DNA from: Longimicrobiales bacterium
Lineage (GTDB): Bacteria; Gemmatimonadota; Gemmatimonadetes; Longimicrobiales; Gaopeijiaceae
Assembly (NCBI GenBank): GCA_965238005.1
Contig: OZ250165.1
Span: forward strand, 3,776,001 to 3,840,000
DNA: 64,000 nt
Direction: 5' to 3'
In this document: positions 1 to 8,796 of the stretch, one piece after another
Position numbering within the stretch: the first letter of the stretch is position 1
Layout: the number at the start of each line of letters is the position of its first letter
The notes under the pieces: generated by a model
What the model saw: only the letters and a program-made list of their open reading frames with translations
Told to the model about the DNA's origin: nothing
The model's database searches: none
Translations under genes and position numbers: made by a program

Positions 1-1238
1 TTGGCCATCGAGCCGTGGGTAAAGGAGCCCAGCAGACGGCGCTCTCTGGTCATCTGCAGATACCGCGCCGCCCAGACCGTGCACATCCCGACATCCGCCG
101 TGAACACCGCGTCGGGGCTGGCCAGCTCGCTCACGATGGTCGTCAGGCACTCGGGGTGGATCGGCTTGTCCTTCTTCGATTTCCGTACGTGCTCGTCCAG
201 GCGTTTGCGTGCGGACACGTGTTGCTCGACCGCCTGATCCAGATGGCCTGAGTCTTCCTTCTCTGCCAGCAGAGGCAGGAGAGCCGCCAGCGTCTCCTTT
301 ACATCGGCTTGGACTCCCAGGGTCAGGCCGCAGCGGCGTCCCAGGCGCTGCCCGTCGATGTCGACCTGGATGATAGTCTTTCCCTTGGGATACCAGTCGG
401 CGTAGGGGAAATCCGTGCCCAGCATGAGGAGCACATCACAGCTTTCCAGCGCCTCGTAACCGGGTGAGAGACCAATCAAGCCCGTCATTCCCACGTCGTA
501 GGGATTGTCGTAGGCGACATGCTCCTTGCCCCGGAGCGCGTGCACGATCGGAGCCTTGAGAGTGGCGGCAACCTCGAGGAGCTGACCGTGGGCGCCCGCG
601 CACCCCGCGCCAGCGAGGATCGTGACCCTGGCCTTGCCGCTCAACAGCGCGGCGAGCTCGGCCAAGGTGTCGTCACACGGCTGGCTGCGCGAACAGTCCC
701 CGGCGATGGGGTGCGCCAGATCCATGTCAGTCATCTGGGCCGGGGCGATATCTCCCGGCAGCACGATCACGGCGACCCCGCGCCGGCTGATTGCGGTCTG
801 CATGGCGATCTGAAGCGTACGGGGCATCTGCCTGGGGGAGGAGATCAGCTCACTATAATGACTGCAGTCGACGAAGAGCCGGTCGGGATGGGACTCTTGG
901 AAGAATCCGGTCCCGATCTCGGTGGAGGGGATGTGGCCCGCCAGCGCCAATACTGGCGCCAGGCTGCGCTGCGCATCGTACAGCCCGTTGACGAGGTGAA
1001 TACACCCGGGCCCGCTGCTCCCGGCGCATACGGCCAACCGACCGGTCAGCTGAGCTTCGGCCGCAGCGGCGAACGCGCCGGTTTCCTCGTGTCGGACGGA
1101 CACCCAATCCACATCGGGATGACGGCGCACGGCTTCGGTGACTCCGTTGAGTGAATCACCAACGATTCCGTACACCCGCTGCACGCCGGCTTGCGCGAGA
1201 GCGGAAACGATGTATTCGGACACTGATGGTTTCTTCAC
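1..1238 (-). CDS. poxB: Pyruvate dehydrogenase (quinone)/pyruvate oxidase, ThDP-dependent; 3' end runs off the window
   Basis: Manual translation from GTG 1238: MKKPSVSEYIVSALAQAGVQRVYGIVGDSLN...RHEETGAFAAAAEAQLTG...GSSGPGCIHLVNGLYDA...HIPSTEIGTGFFQESHP, typical of PoxB. Absent from the ORF track because it has no stop in the window. Confidence 0.9.
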   Translation of the reverse strand, partial: MKKPSVSEYIVSALAQAGVQRVYGIVGDSLNGVTEAVRRHPDVDWVSVRHEETGAFAAAAEAQLTGRLAVCAGSSGPGCIHLVNGLYDAQRSLAPVLALAGHIPSTEIGTGFFQESHPDRLFVDCSHYSELISSPRQMPRTLQIAMQTAISRRGVAVIVLPGDIAPAQMTDMDLAHPIAGDCSRSQPCDDTLAELAALLSGKARVTILAGAGCAGAHGQLLEVAATLKAPIVHALRGKEHVAYDNPYDVGMTGLIGLSPGYEALESCDVLLMLGTDFPYADWYPKGKTIIQVDIDGQRLGRRCGLTLGVQADVKETLAALLPLLAEKEDSGHLDQAVEQHVSARKRLDEHVRKSKKDKPIHPECLTTIVSELASPDAVFTADVGMCTVWAARYLQMTRERRLLGSFTHGSMA

Positions 1239-1328
1239 GGGGGTGCTCCTTGGAGGACGCTGGAGAACGTCGTAGAATACTGTGAACAACTGTAGCACCG
1301 GGAGCCATAGGACCCGAGCGCCTCGACT

Positions 1329-2033
1329 ATGAGCATCCTATCAGTGAACGTCTCGCTCCCGAAGGTCGTCGAGTACAGGGGCGGAAGAGTCGAGACAGGC
1401 ATCTTCAAGGATCCCGTCGCTGGGCCGTTGATGATGCGCGAGCTCAACCTGGTTGGGGATCGGCAGGCCGACCTCAGCGTGCACGGCGGCCGGGACAAAG
1501 CGGTCTATGTCTACTCAAGCGACTACTACGAGTACTGGAAGCAAGAGCTGCGGCGCGATGATCTCCGTTACGGCAACTTTGGAGAGAACCTCACCGTCGA
1601 GGGCCTGACAGACGAGGTCGTGCGCATTGGCGACGTCTTCAGGGTCGGAGACGCCACCGTTCAGGTCACGCAACCTCGCCTGCCTTGTTACAAGCTGGCC
1701 ATCAAGATGGAAGATCCAGCTTTTCCGAAGCTTTTTTTGGCCAGCCGTCGCACGGGGTTCTATCTCCGGGTACTAGCGGAAGGCGAGATCGGTGCTGGCG
1801 ACGAGTTCGAGCTCGTCGAGCGCGAGTCGGAGCCCCTCACGGTCCATGAGGTCGTTGAGTTGTTGTTCTTCGATCGGGGTAACCTCGATCGAGCCGAGGC
1901 AGCCTTGCGCGTGAGAGCCCTCCCTCGGGGGTGGCGCGATGAATTCGAGGAGCGTCTACGTAGAGCGGGCGTCTCTGTTGGGGCGGAGGCAGTCTTGGAT
2001 GACTGCTGCGGGCCCTCCGGCTTGACTTCGTAA
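1329..2033 (+). CDS. MOSC domain protein (YiiM-like) with C-terminal 3-alpha domain
   Basis: TGIFK, GDRQADLSVHGGRDKAVY, GNFGENLT and VTQPRLPCYKL (Moco-ligating Cys) motifs. Confidence 0.92.
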   Translation: MSILSVNVSLPKVVEYRGGRVETGIFKDPVAGPLMMRELNLVGDRQADLSVHGGRDKAVYVYSSDYYEYWKQELRRDDLRYGNFGENLTVEGLTDEVVRIGDVFRVGDATVQVTQPRLPCYKLAIKMEDPAFPKLFLASRRTGFYLRVLAEGEIGAGDEFELVERESEPLTVHEVVELLFFDRGNLDRAEAALRVRALPRGWRDEFEERLRRAGVSVGAEAVLDDCCGPSGLTS

Positions 2034-2633
2034 ACCGACATATCCAGCGGTCGTAATCAACCCCCCCCCGCCTAGCTGGCCGGTGTACAGGTAGTCGTTC
2101 GCCTGCATGGCCGTGTGGCAGTTGGTGCAGCCCGGCAGTCGCCCTTCCATAGCCATTCCGCCAGGCGTTCGATCCAGCTCGCCGCTGGCGAGATGCTTGG
2201 TGAAGAACCAGTCGTTCACGTCGGGGTTGTAACCCCCCACCTTGAACATGGTCGTGACGGCGGCCAGGGTGCTGTCGGGCATGTAGTTCTCTTTCACGAT
2301 GATGGCTCCCGGCGCCATGCTTGACGCCCCCGAATTCAGCGCCTGCAGAGCAACGTCGTTCAGATAGGTGGTCAGGAGCATGCCGTGCGGCTCTTGCCCG
2401 GTATACAGTTCGCCCTTCTCCGGCCACAGGGTCCAGGTGCTTCGGTAGTCCGACTGCTGGAGATGGGCCCAGATGGCCGCTCCAGTAGTGTCGGCTTCAG
2501 CTACGATCGATGCCTGGGGCGTCGGCTCCGCCTCCTCGCCTTCAGGTCCGTCCGACGGACCGCAGCCCCCGGCGGCGAGAGCTACCAGGCCGATCGTCAG
2601 AAACAGGAGCCCCTTGGACGTGCTCATAGACAT
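1956..2633 (-). CDS. Cytochrome P460 family lipoprotein; true end probably near 2057, apparent extension follows a G9 run
   Basis: Lipobox-like AGGC, GAIIVKENY, TMFKVGGYNPDVNDWFF and C-terminal CTNCH followed by DYLY. Confidence 0.75.
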   Translation of the reverse strand: MSMSTSKGLLFLTIGLVALAAGGCGPSDGPEGEEAEPTPQASIVAEADTTGAAIWAHLQQSDYRSTWTLWPEKGELYTGQEPHGMLLTTYLNDVALQALNSGASSMAPGAIIVKENYMPDSTLAAVTTMFKVGGYNPDVNDWFFTKHLASGELDRTPGGMAMEGRLPGCTNCHTAMQANDYLYTGQLGGGGLITTAGYVGLRSQAGGPAAVIQDCLRPNRDARST

Positions 2634-2789
2634 TCCCCCGGATGACGGAACGGCTGTCACCCCCCGGTCCGCTGCCCGGACCAGAGGGTCCAGCTCGCGG
2701 AAATGTACGAAAGCCTTAGGACATCCAGCAAGGGCGTTGCCGCGCAGAGTGCGCTCAACGACGTCGTCGAGCCCGTGGACCGCAGAACG

Positions 2790-2873
2790 TGTACCGCGGT
2801 CATGGTGACGCCGGTTTGGACGTCGATCTCCTCCTCCACGAGGTAGTCGCGGAGCAGGGCGCTCAGTTCGGGC
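2790..2873 (-). pseudogene. Short fragment of a pyridine nucleotide-disulfide oxidoreductase (MerA/Lpd-like)
   Basis: PELSALLRDYLVEEEIDVQTGVT resembles the NAD-domain helix of this family; no start and no rest of the gene. Confidence 0.35.
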
Positions 2874-3341
2874 CTAGAAAACGGTCGCGAACGAAGTGCC
2901 CAGCACGGCACGGATATCCCAATCCACGAGAGATCCCGGCACCGTGTGAAGACGATGGGTGAACTGCAGCTGGCGGGAACCCATGGCCTCCGCGACCAGA
3001 ATCAGGTTGCCCAGCTCAGCCCCCAGGTGGAAGGGGATCTCGAAGCGGGCCGTGCCCAGCCCCGTGACGTTGCCGAGGGGCCAACGGCCCCGGTAGGTCG
3101 CGGTCTCCACTACGTAGATCCGCACGTCCAACCAGTTGTCGTTCGTCACCTGGACCGTGACCGGCTCGCCGAATCGGTCAGGAGCCCGTTCGTTCTCGAT
3201 GACTGGAACGCCCTGGGCCTCGAAGCGCCTGAGCGCCTCCTCCAGTTTTTGGGTCTGTGCCTGTAATGGCACCACCGCCGAACCTCCGACGAACAGCGCT
3301 AGTAACGCAGTGTAAAGTGTGTGCCTAGTCATTGTAATCAT
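2874..3341 (-). CDS. Secreted hypothetical protein, beta-rich C-terminal domain
   Basis: GAGGAG RBS, signal peptide ending in AQ, VTVQVTNDNWLDVRIYV...LGNVTGLGTARFEIP. Confidence 0.75.
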   Translation of the reverse strand: MITMTRHTLYTALLALFVGGSAVVPLQAQTQKLEEALRRFEAQGVPVIENERAPDRFGEPVTVQVTNDNWLDVRIYVVETATYRGRWPLGNVTGLGTARFEIPFHLGAELGNLILVAEAMGSRQLQFTHRLHTVPGSLVDWDIRAVLGTSFATVF

Positions 3342-3397
3342 CTCCTCACTACATCTATGGTCAACCGCCGGTTCTATAGGCGGTGCTAATCTCCTAC

Positions 3398-3436
3398 GAC
3401 TTGTTAGTGAGTGAGCGAAGGGCGGAATTTATTACA
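3398..3436 (-). promoter_or_regulatory. Conserved 39-bp upstream motif, copy 1 (TGTAAT...TCACTCACT..CAAGTC)
   Basis: 32/39 identical to 4345-4383; both copies lie upstream of minus-strand starts. Confidence 0.6.
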
Positions 3437-3466
3437 CTCGTCATCGAACCCACACGGGGAGCACCT

Positions 3467-3724
3467 TTGGAAGACCTCGATGCCTTCCTGAGTAGCTACG
3501 GCTACTGGGTGTTCTTCGCCGTGGGCTTCGCCGAGTTCGTTGGAGTGCCCATCGTCAGCGTGCCGGTGCTCATCGGGGGAGGGGCGATGGTCGCCTCAGG
3601 GACCCTCGGCTTTTGGGAGGTGGTGGTCCTGATGCTGGTCGTCCTTGCTGCAGCCTGGCGGCTATGGAAAGTGCGCTTCCACAAGGAAGTGCACCGCCGC
3701 ATGAATCCGACAGCACCCGCTTGA
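3467..3724 (+). pseudogene. DedA-family membrane protein with a large in-frame internal deletion
   Basis: N-terminus FLSSYGYWVFFAVGFAEFVGVPI...VLIGGGAMVASG joins directly to a C-terminal TM and tail; the central DedA core is missing. Confidence 0.65.
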
Positions 3725-3840
3725 GCCGGGCGCCCCCCAAGCGCGGGGCAGCCGCCCGCGCCGGGAAGAGCTGGCGCCGCTTCGGACGCGCTCCCCCCGA
3801 CGCATTCGGCGTCCGCGCATTTTGCTTCAGTTAGCGGTCG

Positions 3841-4275
3841 CTAGGGAACCGGAGCGACATCGCGTCGATGGAGCCAGGTGTAAACCAGGCCGAGGATGCT
3901 GCCGTACATCAGGTGACCGACCAGGCTGGGGAGCATGGTCGCAGCAGCGGCGGCATTCCAGTTAACGCCGAAGCCCATCCCCATGAAGAGTGGCATCAAG
4001 GTGAGGGGTCCCAGGATCCACCAGGCCCCACCGTATACGAGGCCGGCCCCCAGACCGCTGCGAATCCCGCTCACGAACCGACCGAGTACAATAGCGAAGC
4101 CGATCCCGATGATTACGCTGTTCGCCATGTGCACAGCGAAACCGGCAGCGGCCGTCGGTTGGCCGACCATGCTTCCGATCATCGGAAGCATGCCCATCAT
4201 TCCCATCATCCCTCCGAAGATCAAACCGCCGGCGACACCGCCGTAGGCGCCCAACTTCAGTTCTCTCGTGCTCAT
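3841..4275 (-). CDS. Met/Gly-rich 4-TM membrane protein of unknown function
   Basis: GAGG RBS; hydrophobic helices with VHMANS and LVGHLMYG; homologous to 16405-16842. Confidence 0.8.
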   Translation of the reverse strand: MSTRELKLGAYGGVAGGLIFGGMMGMMGMLPMIGSMVGQPTAAAGFAVHMANSVIIGIGFAIVLGRFVSGIRSGLGAGLVYGGAWWILGPLTLMPLFMGMGFGVNWNAAAAATMLPSLVGHLMYGSILGLVYTWLHRRDVAPVP

Positions 4276-4344
4276 TTCTATTTCCTCGTCGAGTACGTTC
4301 TTTAGGGATCGGAAAATCCAGCCAGACCATCAACCGGACTCCGT

Positions 4345-4383
4345 GACTTGCCAGTGAGTGGGCGAAGGGGGCATTTCATTACA
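4345..4383 (-). promoter_or_regulatory. Conserved 39-bp upstream motif, copy 2
   Basis: 32/39 identical to 3398-3436. Confidence 0.6.
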
Positions 4384-4461
4384 GTGGCGCGTGAGCCTCC
4401 CACGTTCGGAAAATGGCCTCACGCTCGAGCTCGACTTCCTCAGGCCCGAGGGCTGTAACCC

Positions 4462-5310
4462 GTGGACACGTTCTCGCAGTTATGGTGGGTCTTTCCGGCG
4501 TCCATCGTGTTCTCGACCGTGGCGATCGGTTCGGGAGTGTCCGGGGCACTCTTCTTCAGCCCGTTCTTTATGCTGGTGGTGGGTCTCACACCCGTACAGG
4601 CTGTAGGTGCGGGCCTCCTGACTGAAGTCTTTGGGATGGGTAATGGCCTTCGCTCTTATGTGAGGGCCAAGCTCGTGGACTACGCGACCGCCCGGTGGCT
4701 TTTGTTGGGCAGCATTCCCGCTGTAGTCCTGGGCGCGGTAGGCGCCGACATGGTGTCGGACCGGATCCTCAAAGGGATCTTTGGAACTGGACTGTTGGTG
4801 CTATCTGCGTTTCTGATACTCGTCCGCTCGCCGGAGGAGTGCGAGCCTGGTGACAGACCGGTGGCCTTGATTGACGCCAAGTCCGAGGGCAGAGGGACGA
4901 CCGTGGTGCGAGCCCGCGACGGGTCAGTCTACCAGTATCCCACGTGTTGGAGACTACCGGGTGTAATGATGGCGGCGGTGGGCGGTGTCCTTACCGGAAT
5001 GATCAGCGCCGGCCTGCCTGAAATCTCGACCACGCAGCTCGTGGTGCGCTGCCGAATGCCACCGCGCGTCGCGATCGCGACCAGCGTCTTTACGCTAGCG
5101 GTCGTGGCAGCCGTAGGCGCCGGGATTCATGCTCTCTCGGCGCAACCGGTGTGGCAGGTCGTGGGCTGGAGTATCCCTGGTGTCTTGATCGGGAGCACCA
5201 TCGGGAGCCGAGTGGGCAAATACCTCCCGGCACAGACTATGGAAAAAGGCTTGGGGGTTGTCTTCGGGGGCGTGGGAATTCTCGTTCTCGTCCTCGAGTT
5301 CATGGTGTAG
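4462..5310 (+). CDS. Sulfite exporter TauE/SafE (TSUP) family permease
   Basis: GSGVSGALFFSP, AVGAGLLTEVFG, VDY and AIATSVF repeats; about 8 TM helices. Confidence 0.85.
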   Translation: MDTFSQLWWVFPASIVFSTVAIGSGVSGALFFSPFFMLVVGLTPVQAVGAGLLTEVFGMGNGLRSYVRAKLVDYATARWLLLGSIPAVVLGAVGADMVSDRILKGIFGTGLLVLSAFLILVRSPEECEPGDRPVALIDAKSEGRGTTVVRARDGSVYQYPTCWRLPGVMMAAVGGVLTGMISAGLPEISTTQLVVRCRMPPRVAIATSVFTLAVVAAVGAGIHALSAQPVWQVVGWSIPGVLIGSTIGSRVGKYLPAQTMEKGLGVVFGGVGILVLVLEFMV

Positions 5311-5364
5311 GCGAACCCGCCTGGAACATGGAGGTCGTGAACTGGATCGGTAGTGGATGCTCGT

Positions 5365-6201
5365 ATGTGTAGGCTTTATTGATTCAGGGCCAATGCGCCG
5401 TCGAAAGTGGACTGCTCGCTAGTGAAAGCCCAGAATGCGCTTCTCGAGCAGAGCCGTCGTGACGAGCGCGGCCTGGAAAACGCGGACGGCTGGGGAATCG
5501 CCTACTACCCCAACGGAACGCCGAACGTGCTGAAGCGCTACACCGCGGCGCATGCCGATGTGGAGTTCAGCGAGGCGGCAACCGAGATCGCGGCGCCGAC
5601 CCTCATTGCCCACGTGCGGCGGGCGACCGTCGGACGGTCACAGATCGAGAACACCCATCCTTTCTTACGGGGCCGCTGGACTTTCGCGCACAACGGCACG
5701 GTGACCGCCTTCGAGCGGGTAGCGCCCAGGCTGGAGGCGGAAACCGAGCCGCGGCTTCTCGGCGAGCGTCGGGGAACGACCGATAGCGAGCTGCTTTTCC
5801 TCTGGCTACTCGGACGCCTCGCGGCGGAGGGAATCGATCTCGATTCGCCGCTGGACGACCTCGACAGGACGCTCGAGATCTTCGCCGGGTCGGTGGCGCG
5901 AGCGGCCGAGCTATCGAACGCCGAGGGCGCCGAGGAGGAAGCCAAGCTCAACCTGCTGCTGACCGATGGGCACGCCCTGATGGCCTCGCGCCGGGGCAAC
6001 TCGCTCCACGTTCTCCAGCGCGAGGGCGTGCAGGACTGCGAGATCTGCGGCATCTGCCACGTCGACGCGCCCCACCGGGAGGGGTATCGCGCCGCGATCG
6101 CGGCCTCCGAGCCGATCACGAGCGAGGCCTGGCGGCCGGTGCCGGAACGGAGTGTGCTGGCGATCGATGCCGATATCGGCGTCCTGTTTGCCAGCATCTA
6201 G
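5365..6201 (+). pseudogene. Class II glutamine amidotransferase (EgtC/YafJ-like) with an in-frame TGA at codon 6
   Basis: ATG TGT AGG CTT TAT TGA TTC gives MCRLY*FRA, in frame with the 5407 ORF carrying NADGWGIA, AHVRRAT, NTHPF, FAHNG, GTTDSE and ASEP. Confidence 0.8.
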
Positions 6202-6302
6202 CTCGGCGATCGAGTGTGCACCCCCTACTGTGTTAGTTCAACGCCCCTTAAAGGGGGGTGAGGGCCTCTGAGCTCTGCCAGATAGTTAGGTGCGGGGTGT
6301 TC

Positions 6303-6518
6303 CTAGTCGCCGGCTTCGTACCTGAAGGAGACCTTGACCTTCGCGCGGTAGCTCTGAACGGCACCGTCCCTGAGCTGCAGGTCCAGCTCTGAGACCTCCG
6401 CCACACGCAGGTCCCGCAGTGACTGGGAAGCACGTTGGACGGCTGCTGCCGCAGCCTTCTCCCACGACTCAGTAGAGGTTCCTACTAGCTCGATCACTTT
6501 GTACACACTTTCAGCCAT
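6303..6518 (-). CDS. Dodecin (flavin-binding protein)
   Basis: SVYKVIELVGTSTESWEKA...LRDLRVAEV...YRAKVKVSFRYE; GGAGGAG RBS. Confidence 0.93.
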   Translation of the reverse strand: MAESVYKVIELVGTSTESWEKAAAAAVQRASQSLRDLRVAEVSELDLQLRDGAVQSYRAKVKVSFRYEAGD

Positions 6519-6544
6519 CTTCTTTTCTCCTCCCCAGCAATGTG

Positions 6545-6881
6545 GCCGCCACGTAACGGATTCAGATGCTGCGCGACCAGTGTGTCTACCCACGGCGCGA
6601 GCTGACCTTATAAAGCGGATGGCCCTCCGGAGCCGAGCGAAGTACGCTAATCTAATCTGCGGCCGCTCAACATCAGGAGGCCAACCATGTCGGTCGCAGG
6701 CATTGACCTACAGGCAACGTACGTGGTGGTCACGATCGTGAGCAACAAAGGATCGATCATCCAGAAGCCGCGCCGGATCCGCAACATCGAGGCCGATCGG
6801 CTCGTCGAACTCCTCGAGGCCCACAAGCCGCTCGAGGTTGTCGTCGAACTAGGAGGGTGTGACGTGTTCGTCAGCGTCTAG
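6545..6881 (+). mobile_element. IS110-family remnant: upstream non-coding end plus truncated DEDD transposase N-terminus (6687-6881)
   Basis: AGGAGG RBS then MSVAGIDLQ...VVTIVSNKG...LEVVVE, the RuvC-like GID...VVE start of IS110 transposases; homology stops there. Confidence 0.6.
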
Positions 6882-7195
6882 CGCGGATCGGTTTGTTCTG
6901 CCGGAGGTTCGGGGTTGCGACCGCGCCCGTCCTCAATATTCTCATCCGATGCATCGAGGCATCGCTCCAGGATCGAGCTTTCAAGCTTCTCGAAGCTTGC
7001 TCTGTCCGCCACGCCCGAGTCCCACCGGTCCCGCGCAGCAGCCCCGATGGCTCGAAGCTGAGCCGCGTAGCCTCGGCAGTCGCGGCACCTGAGGAAGTGG
7101 AACCGGACAAGAGCCCGGCTCAACCATGCGGCGTCGGCGAGCTCCTCGCTGGCAAAGAGGCGCGCAACTTCTTTACAGTTCGGCATGTTGATCAT
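6878..7195 (-). CDS. ZAS (zf-HC2) anti-sigma factor, cytoplasmic
   Basis: NCKEVARL...HFLRCRDC (HxxxCxxC); ATGA overlap with the sigma gene. Confidence 0.85.
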   Translation of the reverse strand: MINMPNCKEVARLFASEELADAAWLSRALVRFHFLRCRDCRGYAAQLRAIGAAARDRWDSGVADRASFEKLESSILERCLDASDENIEDGRGRNPEPPAEQTDPR

Positions 7196-7806
7196 GGCTC
7201 GATACCCTTGGCTTCCAGGCATTCCCGCAGGCGATTGCGGACCCGATGCAGAAGGACTCCTAGGTTGGTGCGCGTGACCTCCAGAATCTTACAGATTTCT
7301 AGGGTATCCATCCCTTCGATCTCACGCAGGACGAAGGCCATCCGCTGGTTGGTTGGAACCCGGTCCAGACAGCCGTCAATTCCCCTCCGCACCTCGGCAT
7401 CGTAGACCTCCGCGTCCACCGGGAGCGGTGGCCGCGTCCAGCTCCCGGCGTCATCAAACCGCTGCTCGAAGACTTCCTCGATGTCGTCCATCTCATTGTC
7501 GCGCCGCAGATTCCGCCGCGCTGCGGCAATCTTCTTGTACAGGATGCCGAACAGCCAGGTCCGGACATGGGATCGGCCCTCAAATCGGGGCGCCGTCTCG
7601 ATGAAGGTGACGAAGGTGTCCTGCGCGACGTCCTCGGCCAGTTGAGGGGCGAAGCCGGCACCGCGGGCGGCGCGGAGGATTTGGGGGAGATAACGGCGAA
7701 CGACCTCCTCGAGCGCTTGGGCATCGCGCTCCCTGATCCGCGCCGCAAAGCCGGGATCGTCCACGGACGTAGCTCTCGCTGCGCCACTCGTTGTCGTGTC
7801 CGCCAC
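7192..7806 (-). CDS. ECF RNA polymerase sigma factor
   Basis: AEDVAQDTF, FEGRSHVRTWLFGIL, AFVLREIEG...EICKIL...LHRVRNRLR. Confidence 0.93.
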   Translation of the reverse strand: MADTTTSGAARATSVDDPGFAARIRERDAQALEEVVRRYLPQILRAARGAGFAPQLAEDVAQDTFVTFIETAPRFEGRSHVRTWLFGILYKKIAAARRNLRRDNEMDDIEEVFEQRFDDAGSWTRPPLPVDAEVYDAEVRRGIDGCLDRVPTNQRMAFVLREIEGMDTLEICKILEVTRTNLGVLLHRVRNRLRECLEAKGIEP

Positions 7807-7853
7807 TCAATCCTCGGCAATCGGGGTGCAAGAGATCGAGTGATTCCAGTATC

Positions 7854-8522
7854 TCAGTCGGCTCCGACCGCTTCGGACGCGTCCCCCGACTGTTCCATCG
7901 CCTCGACGGCCTCCTCGGTTGTGACCACCGCGTTGGCCATGAACTTGAAGTTGGTCACCCCGGCGGTGTAGCCGTCGCCCAGATCAGGCGTGACCGCGGC
8001 GGCGGTGGCGTCCTTCACAACCATCACCTCGAAACCCTGCTCCAAGAGCTCCCGCATGTGGGCCTCGACACACAGGTTGGCCGACATGCCGCCCAGGACC
8101 ACCCTGCCGATGCCGCGCTTGCGGAGCTGCAGCACCAGATCGTTGTTCTCTGGACCGTAGACCTTGTGCGGACTCGCCACAACGGTTTGGCCGTCGTCGA
8201 TGTAGGGCTTGTAGCGCTCTAGCCAGTCGGCCCCCGAGCCTTCGAAGTCGTCGAGATTCAGGGCACCCTTCCGGTCGAACATGTGAATGTCGTGCATCAC
8301 CTTCTCGAGCGTGCCCTCGAACTTCCAGCCGTGATCGGTCGGGAAGTAGTAGTGGGGCGAGATGAAGACCTGAATCTCGTTCTCCTTCGCTGCCCTGAAG
8401 AGGGCTTCGATGTTCTCGACGGTCCCGTTCTCGGTCACGCTCTCGCCGACCAGGTCCCAGGTCGCCCCTTCGGGACTCAGAAAGTCGTTCTGTGGATCCG
8501 TGATCAGCAGTGCCGTGTTTTG
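7854..8522 (-). pseudogene. Cysteine hydrolase (isochorismatase family), N-terminus lost by fusion to a GNAT relic
   Basis: NTALLITDPQNDFLS, PHK and GMSANLCVEAH catalytic motifs; the sequence upstream belongs to another gene. Confidence 0.75.
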
Positions 8523-8732
8523 AGACCTGCGGCCACCATCATAAGCCTCGCGGTAGCCACTGGCACCCCTGCATCGAGTACGAGCACGTGGGAGGCCGAT
8601 TGATCCGCACCGTCGATGTTGATCTCGCGCGGAAACCCTCTGTTCCTCTTCGAGCACTCTTACTCTGATCTCTTGGGCCTGCTTGAGCTCCTCAGCGGTG
8701 CTCACTTCCCTGATCGTAATCAGGCTTTTCAT
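8523..8732 (-). pseudogene. GNAT acetyltransferase (ElaA/YjcF-like) N-terminal fragment, frameshifted
   Basis: ITIREVSTAEELKQAQEIRVRVLEEEQ then, after one extra base, GFPREINIDGAD..ASHVLVLDAGVPVATARL. Confidence 0.7.
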
Positions 8733-8796
8733 GCCTCGGGGTACTCCTGGTGCCGAACGTCGGACATCTTGATCTCCCTCCTTTCATGTGTTCGTG

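Noticed and set aside
3725..3842. Integron attC site (GC-rich hairpins ending in GTTAGCG)
   Set aside because: No matching RYYYAAC box at the left end, no second copy and no integrase.
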